DNA of 29,996 nucleotides from a virus (Duplodnaviria; Caudoviricetes). Position numbers and translations under genes: made by a program. The notes under the pieces are model-generated. The model saw nothing but the letters and a program-made list of their open reading frames with translations, did no database searches and was not told the origin of the DNA. Every line of letters begins with the position of its first letter. Positions within the stretch are counted from its first letter, which is position 1. Positions 1-9,165 of the stretch are shown piece after piece. The DNA is taken from positions 1-29,996 of IMG/VR virus record IMGVR_UViG_3300025018_000424. One strand, 5' to 3'.

Positions 1-249
1 CAGATCGTCGCGATCGTGCGCCCGACAACTGCGCGTCAGATCCAGCTACTACCCGAGGGCTACCACGGGATCGAGACGAAAGCGATCTACACAACGACGG
101 CGCTGATTGCGATCAGCGCGGCGAACGAACCTGATGAGATCGCGATCGACGGCGAGGATTGGAAGGTCGTCAGCGCGAAAAAGGTCGACGCGTTCGACGA
201 AGAGTATTACTACGTCGCGATCGCCTCGCGCGTTGTGGTGAGTTCGTAA
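1..249 (+). CDS. Head closure / head-tail joining protein (5' truncated by window edge)
   Basis: Frame is open from base 1 (QIVAIVRPTTARQIQLLPEGYHG...AIYTT...DEIAIDGEDWKV...YYVAIA). The 'P....LPEG......IYT....D.I..DG..W.V' pattern is typical of phage head-closure proteins, and it lies just upstream of the tail genes. The TAA stop overlaps the next ATG (TAATG). Confidence 0.65.
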   Translation, partial: QIVAIVRPTTARQIQLLPEGYHGIETKAIYTTTALIAISAANEPDEIAIDGEDWKVVSAKKVDAFDEEYYYVAIASRVVVSS

Positions 250-1607
250 TGTACGGCTTCGTAAACCCGTACGTGCTCGAGCCTGTCGAGGTATTTCGTA
301 ACCAGCCTAACCTGCTTGCGTTCGTCGAAAAAGATGCGCTCGTACAGTCTGGGCGGTGGTCCGTGCCTCGATCCAGCGATGGCACGACTTACGGCGAATC
401 AGATCTGATCACCGACGCGTCCAAGATCGTGGCAAACGCTTGGTGGGTTGTACAGAGCACGTCGGGGCAGTCCTGGTGCTTACAGGCGATCAACCTAGGC
501 GGCACTACTGCGACCTGGCGAGTCAAGCATTCACGGGCCGCCGGATTCACTGGCGGGGCTCCGAGTTCAACTGTAACTCCAAGCGCAGCCGACGAGCTCG
601 TTGTGCGCGGCGGTGGTACGGATGCCGCGCCGACCGGGGAGATCGTTTTCGCCGATGCCGGCGCGGGCCTGTCTGCCATCGCAAAGATCGTCTTCGGCGT
701 GGTCGATCGCGACAGCGACGCTTTCTACCTCACGTACAAGGATCGCGGCGTGGGCGGCGGCGCCGCGCAGTCGTTACACCAGTTCTTCTGCGATCCGTTC
801 GCCGACGCGCATGTCGATGACGCATATCCGTACTGGTTCAGCTGCGCGCCCGGTTCGACGACTGTATCGCTGGGCTATGGCGATCAGTCGTTCTCATCAG
901 GTGAGACGCAATCAACGCAGTGGGCCTACTACAGCGACGGCGCCGGCACGTGGACGGCGCGCAAGACGATCGCTGAGAAGCCGTGGAACGCCATCCCCAA
1001 TACATCGAGTGTAAACCCGATCACTGGCGCGATCGAGCTGCACGCGATGTTGATTGGCAGACCGACAAGCTTCACTGGCGCGACCGACGAGTACACCCGG
1101 GGAATCAGTTCACTGTTCCTGTGGGTTGGTTCACAGGTTGCCAATCCGCAGTTGAAGACGTACGCCGAGAGCGATTATATCCACGTCGGCGAAGACATTG
1201 TCGGTGGTTGGACGGGCGTACTCCCTGCAACTATAGCGTCGATCGGCACGTGGACGGACCTAGGTGCTGTGACGGTGTACTTGCTCGGCGCCACGGGCGT
1301 CGACACGACCGCGCCGACGCTGACGCCGACGAAGGCGAGCGGCACGATCCGGCGACATGAGGCGCTAACGTTCGTTGCCGCAGATAATGTTCAGATCACA
1401 AACCTGACGATCTCAATCCGTTACGAAGGCGACGACTCGCCGACGGTCGTTTATGACGGCTCGAGTTTCTGGGGCGCGTTCCGCGGCGTATCAACAATCG
1501 TTGGCGACGAAACCGCAAAGACGATCACGTTACTACCACACGGCGGGTGGCGACGGCGTATCGCGTCGCTGCAATTCAAAATCAACGACGGCAACTTTGC
1601 GGTATAG
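249..1607 (+). CDS. Putative virion-associated protein of unknown function (452 aa, beta-rich, C-terminal Ig-like-looking segment)
   Basis: ATG at 249 overlaps the upstream TAA, so it is preferred over the ORF-track start at 159. The protein is G/S/T/W-rich, with a 'VDTTAPTLTP' linker before a ~95-aa C-terminal domain. It sits between the head closure and tail terminator genes. Function is inferred from position only. Confidence 0.6.
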   Translation: MYGFVNPYVLEPVEVFRNQPNLLAFVEKDALVQSGRWSVPRSSDGTTYGESDLITDASKIVANAWWVVQSTSGQSWCLQAINLGGTTATWRVKHSRAAGFTGGAPSSTVTPSAADELVVRGGGTDAAPTGEIVFADAGAGLSAIAKIVFGVVDRDSDAFYLTYKDRGVGGGAAQSLHQFFCDPFADAHVDDAYPYWFSCAPGSTTVSLGYGDQSFSSGETQSTQWAYYSDGAGTWTARKTIAEKPWNAIPNTSSVNPITGAIELHAMLIGRPTSFTGATDEYTRGISSLFLWVGSQVANPQLKTYAESDYIHVGEDIVGGWTGVLPATIASIGTWTDLGAVTVYLLGATGVDTTAPTLTPTKASGTIRRHEALTFVAADNVQITNLTISIRYEGDDSPTVVYDGSSFWGAFRGVSTIVGDETAKTITLLPHGGWRRRIASLQFKINDGNFAV

Positions 1608-1616
1608 GGATCTTAC

Positions 1617-2153
1617 ATGAGCTTCGGAGGAACCACAGTAGAGAACGCGATCCAGGCGTGGATCGTTGCGGCGTCAGGTCTCGCGGGCGCCAAGGTGATC
1701 TGGGCAGAGCAAGGTGGCAACAGACCAGCGCCGCCGTACATCGCGATCAACGCGATCACGCTTAGCCGGTTTGGCGAGGACTGGAAGCGCATCGTCGACC
1801 TAACGGGCGACATACCCCCGCCGCCGGTCGGAGAGGAGATCGAAGTGCACCTAGAGGGACCGCGCGAGATCGCGCTATCGATTCAGTGCTTCGCGGACTC
1901 GCCGCTTGGCACAGCTAGCGCGATGGCGATCCTAAACGATGTGCAGGCGAGGGTTAGGATCGCATCGATAGCCTCCGCGTTGCGCACAGGCGGTGTCACG
2001 GTGCGCAGGTTCGACGCGATCAACAGCCTAGGCGCGATCGTTGGCGCAACGGACTGGGAGCCTCGCGCCACGATGACCGCCTATATAGGCGTCGCGTCCG
2101 ACGTCAGCGAGACCGCGACGTATATCGAGACCGTGAAAATCACCGAAGTGTAG
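1617..2153 (+). CDS. Tail terminator / neck (tail completion) protein
   Basis: 178 aa directly before the sheath. The 'VIWAEQ...RPAPPYIAI...G.R...LSIQCF....WEPRA' pattern is typical of myophage neck/terminator proteins. Confidence 0.7.
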   Translation: MSFGGTTVENAIQAWIVAASGLAGAKVIWAEQGGNRPAPPYIAINAITLSRFGEDWKRIVDLTGDIPPPPVGEEIEVHLEGPREIALSIQCFADSPLGTASAMAILNDVQARVRIASIASALRTGGVTVRRFDAINSLGAIVGATDWEPRATMTAYIGVASDVSETATYIETVKITEV

Positions 2154-2208
2154 CCAGGCGGGCGCAATTTCGCGCAAAACAAGTCACGTGCTAGCGTAGG
2201 AGTTACTT

Positions 2209-3528
2209 ATGGCGCTTTCAGACATCGTCGACATCACAATCACGAGCGATTCCGTCGGCGTCGCGCGTACGGCATTTGGCACGCCTCTGATCGTGTCGAA
2301 CACCGCCGCCTGGGTCGAGCGCGTGCGATCGTATACCGATCTGGCCGGCGTGTTGACCGACTTCGCCGCCGATTCGCCAGAGGCACTGGCGGCGACCGCC
2401 ATCTTCTCGCAAAATCCGCACCCGAAGACAATCAAGATCGGTCGCGCGGAGCTGCCCGCGACGCAGGTCTACAAACTAACTCCTGTGGTTCTCAATTCAA
2501 CGCTGTATAGCTTCCGCGTGAGCGGCGAGGGCGTGACCGAGAAGACTTGCAACTTCACGTCAGACGCCACTGCGACCGACGCCGAGATCACCGCGGGCAT
2601 CGTCGACGCGCTAAACGCCACGGTTGGCAAGAATTTTACCGCCGTCGCGACAGACACTAATACGACCGTGACCGTCACCGCGACCGCTGCGGGCGATTGG
2701 TTTTCGATCGAGCAGATCAGCCCGCCGTCGGCATGTAAGATCGAACAGACTCACGTTGACCCGGGCATCGCGACGGACCTCGATGCGGTTACGCTCGAGG
2801 ATGCCGACTGGGGGATCCTGCTCACGCACTTTAACAGTAACGCGATGGTGCTCGCCGCCGCGGCGTGGGTCGAGACGCAGGCGAAAATCTACGTCTTAGA
2901 CGTGAACGAATCCGACGCACGGGCGACAGCCGCCGGCAACAGCGACACGCTCGACGATATTAAGACGCTCGCGCGCGTTCGCACGATGGGTTTCTACCAC
3001 CACAAGCCCGATCAGTTTGCTGCAGCGGCGGAGGTCGGGCGCTGCTCGCACGCCGACCCGGGGTCGATCACGTGGTTCGGTAAGACCCTGAGTGGCATCA
3101 GCCCAACCACGCTGACGTCGACCGAGCGCGCGCGGCTCGTCGCGCGTAATGCTAACTTCTACACCACCGTTGCCGGCGTGAACATCACGCAGATGGGCAC
3201 GATGGCGAGTGGTGAATATGTCGACGTCGTGCGCGGCGACGACTGGGTCGAGGATGACATGGCGAAGCGTATTTTCGCGACGCTCGCCGCGAACGACAAA
3301 ATCCCCTACGATGACGATGGCGTTGCACTGATCGAAAACGACATGCGGGCAACGCTGACGATCGCGGTGCAGCGTAAGATCTACGCGAGTTTCACGATTA
3401 GCGTGCCGCTCGTCGCAGACATCGACGTCTCCGACAAGATCGCGCGGCTCCTGCCTGACATGAAGTTCTCGGCGGTGCGCTCGGGCGCCGTACATAAGGT
3501 CAACGTTACGGGCGTTGTTTCACTGTAA
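2209..3528 (+). CDS. Contractile tail sheath protein (DUF3383-like)
   Basis: 439 aa with an AGGAG RBS. Motifs: N-terminal 'LSDIVDITI...FGTPLI...RVRSY...AIFSQNPHP...IGR', 'PGSITWFGKTLSG', 'GEYVDVVRGDDW', 'KIPYDDDG' and C-terminal 'GAVHKVNVTGVV'. Confidence 0.9.
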   Translation: MALSDIVDITITSDSVGVARTAFGTPLIVSNTAAWVERVRSYTDLAGVLTDFAADSPEALAATAIFSQNPHPKTIKIGRAELPATQVYKLTPVVLNSTLYSFRVSGEGVTEKTCNFTSDATATDAEITAGIVDALNATVGKNFTAVATDTNTTVTVTATAAGDWFSIEQISPPSACKIEQTHVDPGIATDLDAVTLEDADWGILLTHFNSNAMVLAAAAWVETQAKIYVLDVNESDARATAAGNSDTLDDIKTLARVRTMGFYHHKPDQFAAAAEVGRCSHADPGSITWFGKTLSGISPTTLTSTERARLVARNANFYTTVAGVNITQMGTMASGEYVDVVRGDDWVEDDMAKRIFATLAANDKIPYDDDGVALIENDMRATLTIAVQRKIYASFTISVPLVADIDVSDKIARLLPDMKFSAVRSGAVHKVNVTGVVSL

Positions 3529-3537
3529 GAAGGAATC

Positions 3538-3966
3538 ATGTTTCATAACTACGATCCTGCTAAAGTCGTCGCGATCTTTCGTGGCATCCCTATTCTGGGA
3601 TTCGCGGAGGGTACGTTCATTGCGGGCGAGCGTGAGGTTGACGCGTTCTCCAAGGTGGCAGGCGCGCGCGGCGAGATCACGCGCGTTAGATCGCGCAATC
3701 GATCGGGCACGGTGACGATCACGCTGATGGCTGAGAGCCCGAGCAACGATAGCCTGAGCGCGGTGGCCGTACTAGACGAAGCTAGCGGCCTGGGATTCGG
3801 TCCGCTAATGGTCAAAGATCTGAACGGCAATACAGTGCTCAGCGCGCCGATTGCCTGGATCCAAAAGGTACCGAATGTTGAGCATGCGACCGATGCCAGC
3901 ACACGCGAATGGGTTATCGCCGTCGCTCAGTTCGACGTGCACGTCGGCGGCGCGCTGTTTTTCTAG
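3538..3966 (+). CDS. Tail tube protein (DUF3277-like)
   Basis: 142 aa immediately after the sheath, with 'YDPAKV...GFAEGTFI...GARGE...SGTVTITL...SPSN...KDLNG...AWIQK.P.....REW'. Confidence 0.88.
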   Translation: MFHNYDPAKVVAIFRGIPILGFAEGTFIAGEREVDAFSKVAGARGEITRVRSRNRSGTVTITLMAESPSNDSLSAVAVLDEASGLGFGPLMVKDLNGNTVLSAPIAWIQKVPNVEHATDASTREWVIAVAQFDVHVGGALFF

Positions 3967-3970
3967 CATC

Positions 3971-3990
3971 GGGCGCGCACGTGCGCGCTC
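3971..3990. promoter_or_regulatory. Perfect 16-bp palindrome GCGCGCACGTGCGCGC (3973-3988) after the tube gene; possible mRNA hairpin
   Basis: Seen directly in the tube-chaperone intergenic gap. There is no U-tract, so an attenuator or stability role is only inferred. Confidence 0.4.
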
Positions 3991-4016
3991 GAGCAACCTG
4001 ACACGGAGGTATCTAG

Positions 4017-4463
4017 GTGCTCAAAACTGAAACACGCGACTGCAGCGGCGTCAGCGTGACGTCGACACAGCTGCCCGCTCTAACAAGCTTCAAGCTGATG
4101 ACGAAGCTGGGCAAAATCCTGGCTCCGGTGTTGGCGATCAAAGACGTTCGCGCAACCATGAACGTGCAGCTCGAGGACATCGTACCGGCGATCACTCAGT
4201 TGCTAGTCAACATCGACGGTGAGAACATCGACGACCTGTGCGCGCGCCTGTTTGCGTCGTCGACGGCACTCGTTACAAACGAAGTTGGCGCACGTCAGCG
4301 AGTCGAGCTGCGTGAGGCGACCGGCATCAACGCCGCATTCGAGGGCAACATGCCGGCGATGTTAGGCGCGATGCAGCTCGCAATCGAGGTCAACTTCGGG
4401 GATTTTTTGCGAGGCGTTGCAGCCGCAGGCAGCGCCGCTGGGGATCAGACGGCGACGGCGTAG
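4017..4463 (+). CDS. Tail assembly chaperone (lambda gpG analogue)
   Basis: 148 aa with a GTG start and GGAGG RBS, located between tube and tape measure genes. It contains 'EVNFGDFL' with a T-run near its end. Confidence 0.8.
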   Translation: MLKTETRDCSGVSVTSTQLPALTSFKLMTKLGKILAPVLAIKDVRATMNVQLEDIVPAITQLLVNIDGENIDDLCARLFASSTALVTNEVGARQRVELREATGINAAFEGNMPAMLGAMQLAIEVNFGDFLRGVAAAGSAAGDQTATA

Positions 4464-4645
4464 CGGTTGAGACCGACCCGGACGTAGCAGACGCGCTGAT
4501 GTTCTGGCAGCTCGTCGACGCCGACAAAATCAAGCTTGGAGATCACGACAACATTTCGATCGACGAGGTCGAGCAGGCACACGAAGCGCTGACAGCATTC
4601 GCATACGCACGGCACAAAGACCGACTGAAACGCAGTAAGAAGTGA
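4403..4645 (+). CDS. -1 frameshift extension of the tail assembly chaperone (gpGT analogue)
   Basis: Slippery site GAT TTT TTG (T_TTT_TTG, 4403-4409). The -1 frame reads FARRCSRRQRRWGSDGDGVAVETDPDVADALMFWQLVDADKIKLGDHDNISIDEVEQAHEALTAFAYARHKDRLKRSKK to TGA at 4643-4645, which overlaps the tape-measure GTG (GTGA). Confidence 0.75.
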   Translation, partial: FFARRCSRRQRRWGSDGDGVAVETDPDVADALMFWQLVDADKIKLGDHDNISIDEVEQAHEALTAFAYARHKDRLKRSKK

Positions 4646-6420
4646 GCAAGGTAGCCGACATATTCGCGCGTCTCGGTTTGCATGTTGATAAAGCCGAGTT
4701 CCAGAAGGGGCGAGCTGAACTCGGGCGTTTCGCCCAAGGGGCTGAGACTAGCGGGCAGCGAGTAGGGCAGGCTCTTGCCGGTATACAGAAGCGCATAGTC
4801 GGGCTTGCGCTCGGAGTCGGCGCGGCGATGCAGGTCCGCGATGCGTTCGCATTTCAGCAGGGGCTCGAGAATCTTGACATTGCGTCGCGCGGGTCTGTCG
4901 GTGCCCTTGAAGACGTGCGATCGAAGATCCTGGCTGTGTCTGACGCGACAGGCGTTGCTAAGGACGTAATCCTTGCTGGTACCGCCAACTTTGTAGCTCT
5001 GACCGGTGACGGCAAGGCGGCGTCGGCTGCTATGGAGACGTTCGCGCGAGTCACCGCCGCAACTGGGTCGGAAATGTCCGACGTAACAGGGGCGAGCGCG
5101 GCACTAATTCAGAACCTCGGCATCATGCCCGATCAGTTCGAGAAGGCGTTTTCTGTACTGATCAGTTCGGGCAAGGCTGGGGCGATCGAGTTGAAAGAGA
5201 TGTCTTCGCTGTTCGCGGCGCTCACGCCAGCCGCTTCCAAGTTTGCCGGCGGAGCGGGCGTCGGTGGGCTCGCTAAGATCAGCGCCGCGCTGCAGCTGTC
5301 GCGACAGGGCGCTGGATCGGCTGCAGAAGCCGCAACGCAACTAGAGGCGCTCCTAGGCGCAGTGTCGGGCACCGCGGCCAAGCGTCTCAAGAAGGAAGGC
5401 GTTGAGGTCTTCAACAAGGACGGCACGCTAAAGGAGTTCGACGCAATCGTCGACGCAATTCAGCAAAAAGACTTCAGACGAGACAAGCTAATCGAAATCT
5501 TCGGGCGCAAGGAAGCGGTCGCAGCATTCGAGTCGCTCACGAAGGTTGAAGGCGCGTGGAAGGGTCTGACCGATCAGTCGCTACAGGCTAATGATCTCGC
5601 CGAGGACTATGCAAAACGGCAGGCGACTGCGTCTTTTAAGATTACGAAGGCGTGGAACAAGTTCAAAAACGCCATGACTAAGGTGTTTACCGTCGTCGTC
5701 AAGGGGGCGGCGTTCTTGATCGAGCACCTGCGTATCATCGCGTGGTCGCTCGGCGTGGCAACCGTTGCGTTGATCGCTTGGAAGGCTGCGGCGATCGGCG
5801 CGGCAATCGCTAGTGCCGCTTCCGGCGCGCTCGCGATCCTGCCGTGGATTTTGCTAGCCGCGATCTTCGTGGCGCTGGCGTTCGCGCTAGAGGATCTATA
5901 CAACAGCTTTGCCAACGGCGAAGGGTTTTTCAAGCAGCTGTATGATGCCGCGTCGAAGTGGCTTGGTGATAGACTGAAGAGCGTAATCCTAAGCACGCTA
6001 GAGTTGATGGAGAAGATCCCGGGATTCGGTCGTCTGGCAGAAGCACGCAGGAAAGCCGAAGCAAACAACGCGCGCTTTGCAGCATCAGAAAACAACCCCC
6101 GCCGCGTTGACCCAAAGGAAGCACAGCTTGCTGCAGATGTTCTCGCACAAGAAGATAAAAGCGGCGCACTGAACGATCTTACTGTGTCTGAAGTTATAAC
6201 ACGGCGAATCATAGCTTTTAACGAAGCCGCGAAAAATCGTGACTTTGCTACGACCGCGGGCATAGCGGGACACCTAAACGCAACCGGCGCGGGTAATGTT
6301 TTTGATACAGTAATAAACGTGACCGACGCGAACGCCAGTGCCGAAGACATTAAGCGAGCCGTCGACGAAGCAATGGGCGTGTCGGCTCGCAAGATCGAAG
6401 CCGCCGCGGGGAGGCGTTAG
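4642..6420 (+). CDS. Tail tape measure protein
   Basis: 592 aa, Ala/Gly-rich and helical, with an N-terminal 'IFARLGLHVDK' motif, a TP901-like core ('GKAGAIELKEM', 'AAEAATQLEAL') and a hydrophobic stretch at about aa 345-415. It is in the canonical position. Confidence 0.9.
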   Translation: MSKVADIFARLGLHVDKAEFQKGRAELGRFAQGAETSGQRVGQALAGIQKRIVGLALGVGAAMQVRDAFAFQQGLENLDIASRGSVGALEDVRSKILAVSDATGVAKDVILAGTANFVALTGDGKAASAAMETFARVTAATGSEMSDVTGASAALIQNLGIMPDQFEKAFSVLISSGKAGAIELKEMSSLFAALTPAASKFAGGAGVGGLAKISAALQLSRQGAGSAAEAATQLEALLGAVSGTAAKRLKKEGVEVFNKDGTLKEFDAIVDAIQQKDFRRDKLIEIFGRKEAVAAFESLTKVEGAWKGLTDQSLQANDLAEDYAKRQATASFKITKAWNKFKNAMTKVFTVVVKGAAFLIEHLRIIAWSLGVATVALIAWKAAAIGAAIASAASGALAILPWILLAAIFVALAFALEDLYNSFANGEGFFKQLYDAASKWLGDRLKSVILSTLELMEKIPGFGRLAEARRKAEANNARFAASENNPRRVDPKEAQLAADVLAQEDKSGALNDLTVSEVITRRIIAFNEAAKNRDFATTAGIAGHLNATGAGNVFDTVINVTDANASAEDIKRAVDEAMGVSARKIEAAAGRR

Positions 6421-6421
6421 C

Positions 6422-6988
6422 GTGGTAGTCATCGACGGATACACGATCGACGTTGCAGTGGCGATCGACGCTTCGATCGTAAACGACGTAACCGCACACC
6501 CTGTCGAGGATGGCGCCGACATTGCCGACCACGTGCGCGCTAATCCCATCAAGTTGGTAGTCGAGGGCGTTGTCAGTGATACGCCGATCGGCGAGATAGC
6601 GTCCGCGCGCGGCGGTGATGCGCTGCCGTCGCAGGAAGCATATTCACGGCTGATCGAAATGAGCCGCGCGCGTGAGCCCGTAGTAATTGAGACGGATGAT
6701 CGCGGAACGTTCGACAACATGGTGTTAGCGACGCTCAGCGCCCCGGTGAGTGCTGAGACAGGCGATGCACTGCGATTCACCGCGACGTTTATTCAGGTCA
6801 CGCTGGTTGAAAATGCTCGTGCGACGGTGCTCGTCGCGGTGCCACTCGCAAAAAAGAAGGTCAACAAAGGCGCGAAGCCGACGAAGACCGGACCGCCGCC
6901 ACCGCTGGACATCGAGGCGAAGGTTAAGGCGCTGAAGGAGTCACGCCGCGCCCCTAAATCTGAGTTGCAGAAACTGTTTGGGGACTGA
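6422..6988 (+). CDS. Dit-like tail tube initiator / baseplate-associated protein
   Basis: GTG at 6422, right after the TMP stop and downstream of GGAGG. Motifs 'VTAHPVEDGADIADH...P..L...G.VSDTP' and 'NMVL..L......GDALRFTATF.QV' are typical of post-TMP Dit-like proteins. Confidence 0.75.
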   Translation: MVVIDGYTIDVAVAIDASIVNDVTAHPVEDGADIADHVRANPIKLVVEGVVSDTPIGEIASARGGDALPSQEAYSRLIEMSRAREPVVIETDDRGTFDNMVLATLSAPVSAETGDALRFTATFIQVTLVENARATVLVAVPLAKKKVNKGAKPTKTGPPPPLDIEAKVKALKESRRAPKSELQKLFGD

Positions 6989-7311
6989 TGCCGCGCGTAC
7001 TACCCCTCATCCCGTCGACGCCTAATTACCGCGTCAGCACCACACTCGACGGCGTTCAATATATATTGGATATTCGGTGGAACGGTCGCGCGGGCGTGTG
7101 GTATCTAGACGTGCTCGACATCGACGAGGATCCAATCGCTGCTGGGATCGCCGTCGTGCTGGGCTCTGCGCTCGGCATCCGCACAACTGACGCGCGGTTT
7201 CCACCCGGTATGTTGATCGCTGTCGACATGAGCGACGAGGGACACGACGCAGGCTTCGATGATCTAGGTGATCGCGTCGCGGTTCTATACTACGAAGAAG
7301 ACGAGTTATGA
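6988..7311 (+). CDS. Small baseplate protein (hub plug-like)
   Basis: 107 aa, coupled by TGATG. The 'TLDG..Y....RWN.R...WYLD' motif is common in myophage baseplate clusters. Confidence 0.7.
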   Translation: MPRVLPLIPSTPNYRVSTTLDGVQYILDIRWNGRAGVWYLDVLDIDEDPIAAGIAVVLGSALGIRTTDARFPPGMLIAVDMSDEGHDAGFDDLGDRVAVLYYEEDEL

Positions 7312-8162
7312 CGGCGCGACTGTATAAGCGCGAAGTCGAGATCACGCTGTCGCGATCGACGGGATTCTTCGAGCAGGATCCGTCGAATCAGATCATCATC
7401 TCGGATATGCGTGTACAGTTCAACGTTACTAAGAACCTTCGCGACGAGCCGAACACGTGCGAGCTAACGATCACGAACCTTGCGTCCGAGACGCGCGCGG
7501 CACTGCAGGTGTTGCCGCTACACGTGCGCATCGCCGCCGGCTATGACGGCGAGACACAGGAGCTGTTCGCGGGTGATATGTTCTGGGCGGGCTCGAGCCG
7601 CGAAGGCGTTGACTGGCTAACGAAAATCCAGGTCGGCGACGGTACGCGCGCGCGAGCCAACGCGCGCATCAGTCGCACGTTCAAATCAGGCGCCGACCCG
7701 CGCCAAGTAATCGGCGACGTCGCGAAATCGATGGGACTAAAGATCCCGAGGAGCCTGGCGGAAGGCACTGACTTTTTGCACAGCCTATCTTCTGGCGTAA
7801 CGGTCGACGGACCGTCGCACGAGCAGATGACTAAGCTACTTGCGCCAAAGGGCTATGGCTGGTCAGTGCAGGGGGGCAAGTTGCAGGTACTCAAGGATGG
7901 CGAGACGCTCGGTGGAGAAGCGATCGTGATCAACAAAGACGCTGGCATGGTGGGATCGCCTGATTTCGGCGCGCCGTCAGACGATAAGCAGCCGCCTGTG
8001 CTTACCGTCAAAACGCTACTCAAGCCTGAACTTCGTTGCGGCGGTCGCATCGCGCTCGAGTCGCGCGCAATTAACGGGCTGTTTCGTGTCAACAAGCTAA
8101 CCCACGCGGGTGACACTGCCGGATCGGCGTGGCACTCGACGATCGAGGGGGTAGCGGCGTGA
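7308..8162 (+). CDS. Baseplate hub protein
   Basis: 284 aa with ATGA coupling. Motifs: 'F.VTK.....PN..ELTITNL', 'AGY.....LF.G', 'GDG', 'WSVQGG.LQ', 'GMVGSP', 'H.GDT....W'. Confidence 0.8.
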   Translation: MTARLYKREVEITLSRSTGFFEQDPSNQIIISDMRVQFNVTKNLRDEPNTCELTITNLASETRAALQVLPLHVRIAAGYDGETQELFAGDMFWAGSSREGVDWLTKIQVGDGTRARANARISRTFKSGADPRQVIGDVAKSMGLKIPRSLAEGTDFLHSLSSGVTVDGPSHEQMTKLLAPKGYGWSVQGGKLQVLKDGETLGGEAIVINKDAGMVGSPDFGAPSDDKQPPVLTVKTLLKPELRCGGRIALESRAINGLFRVNKLTHAGDTAGSAWHSTIEGVAA

Positions 8163-8785
8163 GCGATCGTAGCCCGTCGCAGTACCGCGCAATCCGCGCC
8201 GTCGTCGAGCAAGTGCTGGGCGGCGTCAGCGTGGCTATGCCGGGTGAGATCCTCGAATACGATCCCGGCGATCAGCGTGCGATCGTGCAGCCGTTAATCA
8301 AGCGCGCGTTTATCGACGCGGCGGGCGTGCGACAGGTCGTTCGCCGCGCGGCGATCCCTGACGTGCCTGTGCTGTTCCAGGGTGGGGGCGGCTCGCGCCA
8401 GACGTTCCCGCTCACGAAGGGCGACACCGTGTTGCTCGTCTTCTGCGACGCGTCGCTCGACGTTTGGCTCGCGCTCGGGCGTGAGGTTGATCCCGGCGAC
8501 GATCGATCGCATGACGTTACCGACGCGATTGCAATCGCCGGCTTGCTATCGTTCGCCGACGCCACACCAACGCACCCGACGGCGACGGTTACGTATGGCG
8601 ATGACGTGCGTTTGGGCGGCGAGAACGGCGGGTCACTCGCTCTCGCGTCAGCACTGCAAGCTGTGATCGATGCGCTGACCAACTCGGCAGTAGGCGTCAG
8701 CGACGGCGGCGCCACGTATAAGGCTAACATCGCGCTAGCACTCGCCGGCTTAACTGTAGGAACTACTAAGGTAACAGCAGAATGA
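8159..8785 (+). CDS. Baseplate central spike (Gp138/gpV-like N-terminal OB fold)
   Basis: GTG at 8159 overlaps the upstream TGA. Motifs: 'AMPGEI..YD......VQP', 'VPV.F.GGG....TFP...GD.VLLVFCD..LD.W', 'R.HD.TDA.AI.G'. Confidence 0.85.
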   Translation: MSDRSPSQYRAIRAVVEQVLGGVSVAMPGEILEYDPGDQRAIVQPLIKRAFIDAAGVRQVVRRAAIPDVPVLFQGGGGSRQTFPLTKGDTVLLVFCDASLDVWLALGREVDPGDDRSHDVTDAIAIAGLLSFADATPTHPTATVTYGDDVRLGGENGGSLALASALQAVIDALTNSAVGVSDGGATYKANIALALAGLTVGTTKVTAE

Positions 8786-9165
8786 AAACCGGCGAGCCTG
8801 TTGATCTATACCTAGATCCCGTGACCGGCGACCTGCCCGATCTAGCGGTCGATGGTCTGCTGTTCTCGACGAACAGCGCATCCATCGCGCAAGGCGTTTA
8901 TACGCGACTGTCGCTCGTCAAAGGCGAGTGGTTCGCTGACCTGTCTGCGGGATTCCCGCACTACGAAATACTAGGGCGCAAGGACATCGTCGCGAAGGCG
9001 CGCGCGGCGTACCGGTCTACGATCCTCGGGTCGCCCGGTATCGTGTCGCTCGACTCACTGATACTTGACATGAATAAAACCACCCGCATTCTGACCGTTA
9101 CGTGGTCGGCGCGGGGTAAATTGGACGATACGCCGATCGCTGGTACGTTACCGGTTAGCTTCTGA
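8782..9165 (+). CDS. Baseplate wedge / sheath initiator (gp25/gpW-like)
   Basis: 127 aa with 'IAQ....RL...KGEWF.D...G.P...ILG'. It lies between the spike and baseplate J genes. Confidence 0.8.
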   Translation: MKTGEPVDLYLDPVTGDLPDLAVDGLLFSTNSASIAQGVYTRLSLVKGEWFADLSAGFPHYEILGRKDIVAKARAAYRSTILGSPGIVSLDSLILDMNKTTRILTVTWSARGKLDDTPIAGTLPVSF

